Positions 50,938-64,000 of a stretch of 64,000 bases of DNA are shown one piece after another (the stretch's first letter is position 1; each line of letters opens with the position of its first letter). The position numbers and the translations under genes were made by a program. Under the pieces are notes generated by a model. It searched no databases and was not told the origin of the DNA. It worked only from the letters and a program-made list of their open reading frames with translations. This DNA comes from the human T2T-CHM13v2.0 reference genome, Homo sapiens, in NCBI RefSeq assembly GCF_009914755.1, contig NC_060930.1. One strand, given 5' to 3'.

Positions 50938-53900
50938 CTTTGTGGTTTTATCTACCTTTAGTCTTTGATGTTCGTGACCTTCGGATGGGGTCTCTAAGTG
51001 GATGTGCTATTTTTTTCTGTTTGTTAGTTTTCCTTCTAACAATCAAGCCCGTCTGCTGCAGGTCTGCTGGAGTTTGCTGGAGGTCTACTCCAGACCCTGT
51101 TTGCCTGGGTATCACCAGCAGAGGCTGCAGAACAGCAAAGATTGCTGCCCGTTCTTTCCTCTGGAAGCTTCGTCCCAGAGGGGCACCCGTCAGATGCCAG
51201 CCAGAGCTCTCCTGTATGAGGTGTCTGTTGGCCCTTACTGGGAGGTGTCTCCCAGTCAGGATACATGGGGGTCAGGGACCCACATGAGGAGGCAGTCTGA
51301 CCCTTAGCAGAGCTTGACCACTGTGCTGGGAGGTCCACTGCGGTCTTCAGAGCTGTCAGGCAGGGACGTTTAAGTCTGCTGAAGCTGCACCCACAACCGC
51401 CCCTTTCCGGAGACGCTCTGTCCCAGCGAGATGGGGGTTCCATATCTAAGTCCCTGACTTGGTCTGCTGCCTTTTTTTCAGAGATGCCCTGCCCAGAGAG
51501 GAGAAATCTGGCAGTCTGTCCACAGCAGCCTTGCTGAGCTCCAGTGGGCTCTGCTCAGTTTGAAGTTCCCAGAGGCTTTGCTTACACTGTGAGGATAAAA
51601 CCGCTTACTCAAGCCTCAGCAGTGGCAGATGCCCCTCCCCCCACCAAGCTGGAGCATCCCAGGTCTATCTCAGACTGCTGCTGTGTTGTCAGCGAGAATT
51701 TCAAGCCAGTGGGTCTTATCTTGCTGGGCTCCATGGATGTGGGACCAGCTGAGCCAGGCACGGGAGGGTATCGCCTGTTCTGCCGATTGTGAAGGCCCTG
51801 GGAAAAGTGCAGTATCTGGGCCAGAGGTCACCATTCCTCCGGGTACAGTTTCTCATGGCTTCCCTTGGCTAGGGAAATGAAATCCCTGACCCCTTGTGCT
51901 TCCCGGGTGAGGTGATGCCCCACCCTGGTTCGGCTCACCCTCGGTGGGCTGGCTGTACCCACTGTCCAACCAGTTCCAATGAGATGAACTGGGTATCTCA
52001 GTTGGAAATGCAGAAATCACCTGCTTTCTGCGTCGATTTCACTGGGAGCTGCATACCGGAGCTGTTCCTATTTGGCCATTTTGGCCAACCCCTAAATTCA
52101 ATCTTAAAAGAAAAAAGAGTAGGAACCCATTCTGTTTTTCAGAAAATGAACGGAAGAAAAACAATTCATTTATGTAAATATTTAATGAGTCTCCTCCATG
52201 TGCTTGCTATGCAGCTTGTTGGCTATATGTCCAAGAATTGGATTTAGGAAATGGGGGAAAACCCAAAAGTGGATAATGACTCCACCAACACACACACACA
52301 ATTTGACTTTAAATAATATGTGATGCTACTACTTTTGACTTTGTTTTAATCAGAGAAGCAATGGAAGGCTATAAGTAAGCCTGTAGGTTTTGATTCAGAG
52401 CCATAGATTACATGTTCTTTGCTTCTGTAAGAAAAACTTTTGAAAGGCAAGGGAAACATTTTACCTCGCTAGTCTATAGAATAATTATGGAAGTTTTGTT
52501 CATTTCAAAAAGAATATTCAATTATATTTTGAGTCTTTGCCTTTAGAAATTTCCATGAGAGTTTTTGTTGACAATGAATTCATTATGTTCTAAGGTTTTA
52601 AAAAATTATTAGCCTTCTATATTTGATAATTACATACTGATATATACTGTATTAAGTATATTAAGAATAAAAGATTTCTTAATGTTTAATATCCACTTTT
52701 GACATTTTTGTCTTTTCTGGAATGAAATCATGTGAACTAAAGATAGCTATCAATTTAATTAAAACTGCACAATGACTGAGTTTTTAATATTGAGATTGAT
52801 TGGACATTGATATCTCAGGCATAGCTGTTTAATTTTCATTCATACCAGGACAAGAAAAATTTTTATAAACAACATTTATATTTCTGGTTTTCCAGAAGTC
52901 TTTTAATATGGAAAAGGAAAAAGATCAAAATGTGATAGAAAGAACATAAGTTCTAACAGGAAGAATTCATCTGAAAAGAACTGAAAATACAAAGACATAG
53001 CTAATCCCAGCTGCACCAAACCAAATTGAATGAAACAAATGTTAACTCTAACATTGTCTTAACCTTATGCATTTTCTCCTGGTTTGCTCTGATTTATTCT
53101 GCTGCTGGTATGGTTACTATTTCATTTTTCTTTAACTTGTGTGTTTTATCCTTATTCAAGTAGAGTACCAATCAGGTAAGGAATTGGGCAGTGCAACTTT
53201 CTAAGTACTAGATGAATTTTTATGGTAGTTGCCTGTCAATTTCAAATTAATTTGTATCAAAGAGCTTTAGTTTTCCTCTACTTCCTTACATTCTCTGCCT
53301 GACCTTAGTCACTTTACAATAGACCACAGAAAAGGGGGCAAAGTCCCTCATCCTTTTCAAATCTATTTTAGGCTCATGGATCAACATATACTGAACACAA
53401 ACTTTGAGAAATTACAGAGACCTTTACCTTCTTTTATATTTTTCTAAATATTGATCTTTATTTCCTTTAGTCAAGGAAGGTGTGGAATGGGCAGAAGGCA
53501 GCAAGATAAATGGTCATATGGAGTTGGGATAAAATAAAAAATAAACCCCCTGGGTGTTGTAACATGAATGGAGTGTGCATATTACAGGTAAGCGTAAATA
53601 GTGTTGGCATCTAGAATTGAGATCTTTTGGGACCTAAGATTGTGTTGTACATGCCCTAGTAAAATTGTAAAAGAAGAAATTTTAGGCAATGATAATAGCT
53701 AAGCTAAGATTCATTGAGTATTTCCATGTATCAGGCACTTTCTAACAAGTTTTATTGAATCTTCACAATCCCATCCTGAGGGAAGTACTATCATTATTCT
53801 TGTTTTACAGGTCTAAAAAAATGAGGCACAGCATGGTAAATTGTTAAAAATCACAAAACTAGTGAGGATGGTGTGGTACTTATATTCACTGAACTAATAC

Positions 53901-54123
53901 CCCATTATACCTATAATCCACATATACCTATATATGCAGATGTGTACACACACATGTGCATCCACACACCACACATATATATGTAAGAATATTCTCAAAT
54001 AATAAAACTAAATCTGATGGAGGAAATGTACTCTTGAAGGAAGTGCCTTGTTAGAAAGTGGGACAGGAAGGAAGTGGGTTTTTGTCCCTACAATCATTGA
54101 ATGGCTTCTCTTTCAACAAAAAA

Positions 54124-55078
54124 TATAGTTATCCCTTGGTATGCACAGGCAGTCGGTTCCAGGACCCTTTTGGAGACCAACATCTAAGGATGCTCAAGTC
54201 TCTTATAGGAAATGGCATAGTATTTGCATATTGCCTGTGTACATCTTCCCATATGCTTCATTATCTCTACGTTATTTATATGATAATATCTAATACAATG
54301 TAAATCTTATGAAAATGGCTGTTATTCAGTATTGTTTTTATTGTTGTGTTATTATTGTTTTATTTTTATTTATTTTTTTGAGATGGAGTCTCATACTGTC
54401 ACCTGGGCTGGAGTGCAGTGGCGCGATCTTAGCTCACTGCAACCTCCGCCTCCCAGGTTCAAGCCATTCTCCTTGCCTCAGTCTCCCAAGTAGCTGGTAT
54501 TACAGGTGCCCGCCACCATGCCCGGCTAATTTTTTTGTATTTTTAGTAGAGACAGAGTTTCACTATGTTGGTCAGGCTGGTCTCAAACTCCTGATTTCAT
54601 GATCAGCTTGCCTCAGCCTCCCAAAGTGCTGGGATTACAGGTGTGAGCCACCGCACCTGGCCTATTTTATTTATTTATTTATTTATACTTATTTTTTTTG
54701 AGACGGAGTCTCGCTCTGTTGCTCAGGCTGGGGTGCAAAGGCACGATCTTGGCTCAGTCAACCACTGCCTCCCAGATTCAAGTGATTCTCCTGCCTCAGC
54801 CTCCAGAGTAGCTGGGGTTACAGGCACCTGCCACCATATCCAGCTAATTTTTGTATTTTTGTAGAGATGGGGTTTCACCATGTTGGCCAGGCTGGTCTTG
54901 AACTCCTGACCTCAGGTGATTTGGTCACCTTGGCCTCCCAAAGTGTTGGGATTTCAGGTGTGAGCCACCGCACCCAGCCCATATTGTCATTATTTATGTA
55001 TTTATTTGTTTTTATATGTTTTCTGTCTCCAGTTGATTGAATCCAGGGATATGGAACCCACAGATAAGAACTGATTAT
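54124..55078. mobile_element. MER2 (Tigger) fossil split by two Alus
   Basis: GGTTCCAGGACCC...GGATGCTCAAGTCTCTTATAGGAAATGGCATAGTATTTGCATA; resumes GTTGATTGAATCCAGGGATATGGAACCCACAGAT. Confidence 0.8.
54360..54980 (-). mobile_element. Two tandem AluS elements (54360-54662, 54663-54980)
   Basis: Two reverse dimers, each with a T-rich tail. Confidence 0.93.
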
Positions 55079-55743
55079 ATTAGGCCAGTGAAGTAAAATG
55101 GCTGCCTGAAAGGTAAGAAAACAAATGAGGATTCAATGAAAACAGCAAAGACAGAAATCTCCCCAGGAAAGCTGAGAACAGAGATTGGTTGTTGGTCAAT
55201 TCATTTGTGCCCCATTGATATTCAACATTGACTGGATTGTATAACTTTCTTTCTTCACTAACATCAGGTTATTATTATTGGCGCTAGGTTTTTTCTTCCC
55301 ATTTGTGCATGGTTTAACACATCTCCCAAAATGAGACTGTCATGCAGGGATATATTGTAAAAAAGCATTGGAAGAATGAGAAAAGTGGTAGTAGTAAGTC
55401 CACTGGATGATAGAGTAGAGAGGAAACATTATTCTGCCCAAGATAAGAAAATTATAATAGAAATAAGATGGTGATCATTAGCAAAGAATTTAAGTTCTCT
55501 CCTCCTACAAACAGCAGAGAGTTCTCATGACTCTCCAGGTTTTTCTTTGTTCAATGGCTTCCCAGAAGGTGATAAGTGAATAATAGATAACACTCAGTGA
55601 AGTTAAGCAAGGGCTTCTAGAGAGTAGAGAAGATGATTCCATAGGCTAAGAGCTAAAGGGAAAGTCTTGGTTACTTTCAAAATTCATTACATGAAGGAGA
55701 GTTCCAAAAAGTCCTAGAAACTTGAATATAAAAGTGATTGCAA

Positions 55744-56556
55744 CATTTATGTGGCCAACAAATATACAAAAAAAAGCTCAACATCACTGATCATTAGAGA
55801 AATGCAAATCAACACCACAATGAGATACCATCTCATGCCAGTCAGAATGGCAATTATTAAAAAGTCAAGAAACAATAGATGCTGGAGGGGCTGTGGAGAA
55901 ATAGGAACACTTTTACACTGTTGGTGAGAATGTAAATTAGTTCAACCATTGTGGAAGACAGTGTGGCCATTCCTCAAGGATCTAGAACCAGAAATACCAT
56001 TTTACCCAGCAATCCCATTACTGGGTATATACTTAAAGGAATATAAATCATTCTACTATAAAGACACATGCACACATATGTTTACGGCACCACTGTTTAC
56101 AATAGCAAAGACATGGAACCAACCAAATGCCCATCAGTGGTAGACTGGATAAAGAAAATGTGGCACATATACACCATGGAATACCATACTATGCAGCCAT
56201 AAAAAGGATTGAGATCATGTCCTTTGCGGGGACATGGATGAAGCTGGAAACATCATCTTCAGAAAACTAACACAGAAACAGAAAACCAAACACCGCATGT
56301 TCTCACTCATAAGTGGAAGTTGAATAATGAGGACACATGGACACAGGGAGGGGAAAAACACACACCAGGGACAGTCAGGGGGTGGGGGGTGAGGGGAAGG
56401 AGAGCATTAGGACAAATAGCTAATGCATGAGGGGCTTAAAACCTAGATGATGGGTTGATAGGTGCAGCAAACCACCATGGTACCCGTATATGTATGTAAC
56501 AAACCTTCACGTTCTGCACTTGTATCCCAGAACTTAAAGTAAAATTAAAAAAAAAA
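55744..56556 (+). mobile_element. 5'-truncated L1PA 3' end
   Basis: ORF2 C-terminus plus 3'UTR plus poly-A; TSD AAAAGTGA(T/A)TGCAA (55730-55743 / 56557-56570). Confidence 0.95.
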
Positions 56557-56874
56557 AAAAGTGAATGCAAACTAAAGTCTGTCACAGCTTCTCAGCAAGA
56601 CAATGTGTCAGTGATTCTGATTAAAGTGAATGGACTCTATAGACAGAGGTTGCTCAGGAATCCCTGAGATCTTGATGGAGAGCAATCTCTGTGTTTGATT
56701 GTATTTGGTGCAGGATTTTCTGTTAATTAAACCTTTTAATATAAGTCTATAGCAAGAATCCTTGTATTGGATTCAAATATTTCTTGGTTCTGAGGCAGGG
56801 GAAGAGCAAGGAGGGGATTACAGCATTAAATACATGTAATACAAATTAATTACATGAAATTAATCACCACTGAG

Positions 56875-57179
<305 letters not shown>

Positions 57180-57809
57180 TACTCACAGGGTATTTATAAA
57201 AGACTGATTACAGGATGATTGCATCACCCATGTTAATGATTTTCCTGTTCTTTATTAATTGTGATTCTAGCTATTGAATCAATGTGATACTTCAGCACAG
57301 GGTCTGATAGTCTTCAAAGTTGTTGCTTTTGTGTTAAATGAAGATAAACTATATCAATCTCTCTCCTGAAAATTTTTAACCTAATACAAAGTCATATTAT
57401 TCAATGACTAACAGATTTTTTTTTTCCTGGTAAACTTTTTTTTTCTTTTATCCCTTTGACAGAATAGCAATGTGGTATGTTATTAGCCTGATAAATAGAT
57501 ATACATTCATACATATGGAGACTACTTTGCAGTTATAAACAAGTAAGTTGGGTTTCAAAAGTTCAAATTTCAATCAGCTGATTGGAACTTAGAATGATTG
57601 TATGTATACAAATATTGTTAGAATGTGGTGTTTTAAAAATATGCTCCCATGGGACACTAGTGTCCCACAAGGGGAATTCTTATAGAAAAATATAAGAGAG
57701 AGTAATGCTGTTTCTCCAATATTCAGGGTAATGTAATTCATGGATGTCATTTTCTTGGTTTTAACAGTTTTCCCCATGTAGTTTCTCCCAATAATAAAAG
57801 ACCTTTTGT

Positions 57810-58455
<646 letters not shown>

Positions 58456-58613
58456 CCATTTGAGAGCTTATTGTGAGCTAAATTCTTTACATACATCATT
58501 TCATTTGATCTTCACAAGGATCACATTTTATAGATAGAAAAACTCTAATTTTCCACTGGCTACTCAAATACTAGGTGGTAGAGCCAGTGTGATAAATTTA
58601 AAACATGTCCATA

Positions 58614-58912
58614 GGCCAGGTGCGATGGCTCACGCCTGTAACCCCAGCACTTTGGGAGGCTGAGGCGGGCGGGTCATGAGGTCAGGAGATCGAGATCACC
58701 CTGGCTAACATGGTGAAACCCCATCTCTACAAAAAATACAAAAAAAAAAAAATTAGCCAGGCGTGGTGGCGGGCGCCTGTAGTCCCAGCCACTCAGGAAC
58801 CTGAGGCAGGAGAATGGCGTGAACCCAGGAGGCACAGCTTGCAGTGAGCCAAGATCGTGCCACTGCACTCCAGCCTGGGCAACAGAGCGAGACTCTGTCT
58901 CAAAAAAAAAAA
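58614..58912 (+). mobile_element. AluY-like
   Basis: GAATGGCGTGAACC, AGCTTGCAG; ATGTCCA on both flanks. Confidence 0.94.
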
Positions 58913-58919
58913 ATGTCCA

Positions 58920-59678
<759 letters not shown>

Positions 59679-60036
59679 GCCAGTAATAGAACTTGGGTCT
59701 TTGGGACTCTAAATTTCATCTTAAGGTACACATTTTACTGCTTCTTTAAACTTCTGATACTGTTATTATTTTTTTAATAATAAAATCTAGTATGAGACTC
59801 AATTTAGTATACAATTATATACTTAGCTATTTAAGTTTAGTATATCCATAGTTCTTTGGGTTGTACAAAATTTTCCCTGAATTCTATTCTCTTGCCTGTT
59901 TACAAACTAGGGAATCACTATTTTACAATTAACGGTAAAGTTCTCATTCACTCAGCTAACATTCACTGAGTACCTATGATCTGTTAGGCAGTGTAAAAAC
60001 TATGCACCCAAGTATGAATAAACATAAGCTTTATCA

Positions 60037-60504
<468 letters not shown>

Positions 60505-60857
60505 GAAAAGTTTAATTTCTCAGGTAACTGCAGGAAGGAGGAAAGGAGAATGGAGAAGAAAAAAAAAAAACTCCCTGGGTTGGTTACCCTATAGTACTAA
60601 CCTCAAGTTCTTAGTCTAGAACCTTCAAGAAGGAAAAGGGTGGAGGGAAGAATCCAAAGGACAAAAGCTAAGATAGCCCTTCTGGAAAAAACAGCTCTGG
60701 AAGGATTTTGGGTTTAAGAGAATCCAGAGGTAGGCATTCAGGTGTTATTCTGCCAAGAGAGTTTCTAAGTTAAAGAATGCCTGAATTCAATCCACCAGAT
60801 GCTGACTTTGGATAAAGACATTTTCGTCTTTTTTCCCCCTATAAAATAATGATAATC

Positions 60858-61318
<461 letters not shown>

Positions 61319-62288
61319 TTAAGAATGAAGAAAACATCTATCTTTATTCAAGCAGTGTGGCCTACTCAAGGGAGCTATTTTTTAACATATTGTATTTCTT
61401 GCTTGATTAGGTAGCAAGCAATGTTTCTCATAATGCTTGTCCCTTGCTCACATCACATCCTTCATTCAGCCACCCAAGAGACAGCCCTGTGTGTTTATTT
61501 AGTTAGTGAGTTGGTAATTTTGTACCCACTTTTATTTTCTTACTTTTTTTTTTTGGTTTGCCCAGTCTTCTTTTGTTTTGGAAACTGTGTTTTTGGGAAC
61601 AGTTAGGGCTGTCAATCTCATGGCGCCATCAGTTCTGCTAAAGGTGAACTTACGACTCAGGTTGGCCAATAAGAGTATTGTATTTCCCTTCAAATACAGT
61701 AATTAGTCCAAGGATGGGTATGTGATCCAGGTGGTGCCAGTATTTTTCAAGGATTGATATGGATGATTGTGGAGAGAGGGTAATCTACTCATATGAGTTC
61801 CTGAACTACAAAGATTATGTAAGCCTAGTGTTGTCAGGAGTCATTTTCTCCGTGATGTAGACACAGCCAGCCTACAAAACAAAACCAACACCAAACACCC
61901 ACTATAATTAACAGATGAATACATGTAGACAATGATTCTGAAACTTTCGTTTAAACCCCTAGTTCTATGTTACCAGCCTTTGGACTTTTTAAATGAGCCA
62001 ATACATTTATTTATTTTTTCTTTCTGGCCTAAGCTAGTTTAAATTAGGATTCTGTCACTTCCAACCAAGAATCCTGGCTAACTAAATTAAAGCTCGTATA
62101 CGAATTCATAATTTTGGAAACAACTTTCACCATCCATATATCACCTCACTACCCTCCTTCCAAACTCCCTGACATAGTCATTCAATGTATCATGGTTGCT
62201 AGGAGCAAAGGCTTGAAAGTCAGACTGAACTGGGTTCTAATATCAGCTCAGCCATGTGCAAGCTGTATGATTCTGAGCAAACCCATGA

Positions 62289-62636
<348 letters not shown>

Positions 62637-63187
62637 CTACACTGTGCATCTGCTATATTTTTAAGTGATTCGTGTAAAGTTTTCAGCTCAATTCCTAACG
62701 GATTTTAGGATCTAATTGAATGTTAGTCATTTTACCACCTCCTCTACAGGCTATCCTGGGCACAAAGAATGTAAAAGAAGGACTTGGCCAACATGTATGT
62801 CCAAGGATACTTTTATATTTAATTCCTCAAATTACATCAGAGTTAACTTTACAGAGGACAGGATTCTCCCTTTAGAAATTTCATGACATTCTGTCTTGAA
62901 CATCTCAGTGTAATCAAGCACATGAAGGTCAGAGCTATATCCTCTGCTCCAAACTGCTCCCAGGAGTTAAGGTGTCACTGACTCATCTGGGGAGTTAAGT
63001 TAAATAGAAGCCTCTTTGAGAAATTCTTCCATCATTCCCTTGGCAACTGTAGACCCAACAAGGGGAAGGAGCCCCTGGCAGCAGCCAAACTGGCTGGAAA
63101 TAATGAAGGGTTTATATTGCAGCACCCATTTTGTGCAAAAAAACAAACCAGAAAAAAAAGACATCCTCTCAAATTAGTATTCAGCTC

Positions 63188-63890
<703 letters not shown>

Positions 63891-64000
63891 CACATTTTCA
63901 TGAATAGCTAATCTTAATGTTATCGTTCTTGTTTGTTCTGACTGATTCATATAAGATTCACATGACCCTGTTTCTACATTCTAAGTTAACAGTGAAAGTT

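Noticed and set aside
50607-51287. 226-aa plus-strand ORF
   Set aside because: Antisense of L1 ORF1/5'UTR with a non-ATG start; not ORF0 and no independent support.

Overview
Human (primate) genomic DNA, dense in Alus and other retroelements. The only gene-like locus is a CpG-island promoter and non-coding first exon on the minus strand (~4957-5170, donor CTG|GTGAGG at 4957/4956), carrying two overlapping uORFs. From memory this leader resembles IBTK (6q14); that is tentative. Positions 1-4956 are its first intron. The remaining ~59 kb is upstream/intergenic. It holds an RPL23A processed pseudogene split by an LTR8 that itself contains an Alu, a second LTR8 facing away from the first, and an SSBP2 processed pseudogene that preserves an alternatively spliced isoform. 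It also holds a full-length but dead L1PA7/8-like element with 14-bp TSDs and an ORF0 relic, about 50 Alus, several solo LTRs (MER21, MER41, MLT2, MER4, MER39, THE1), DNA-transposon fossils, and Alu-tail-derived satellites (AT minisatellite, GGAA, GAAA). No intact protein-coding exon is present and I found no convincing new biological system. The best leads are regulatory or evolutionary: uORFs, the LTR8 pair, the GGAA microsatellite, the SSBP2 isoform fossil, ORF0 and a possible spliced lncRNA near 39.2-39.9 kb. Repeat subfamily names come from recalled consensus sequences, not a database search.
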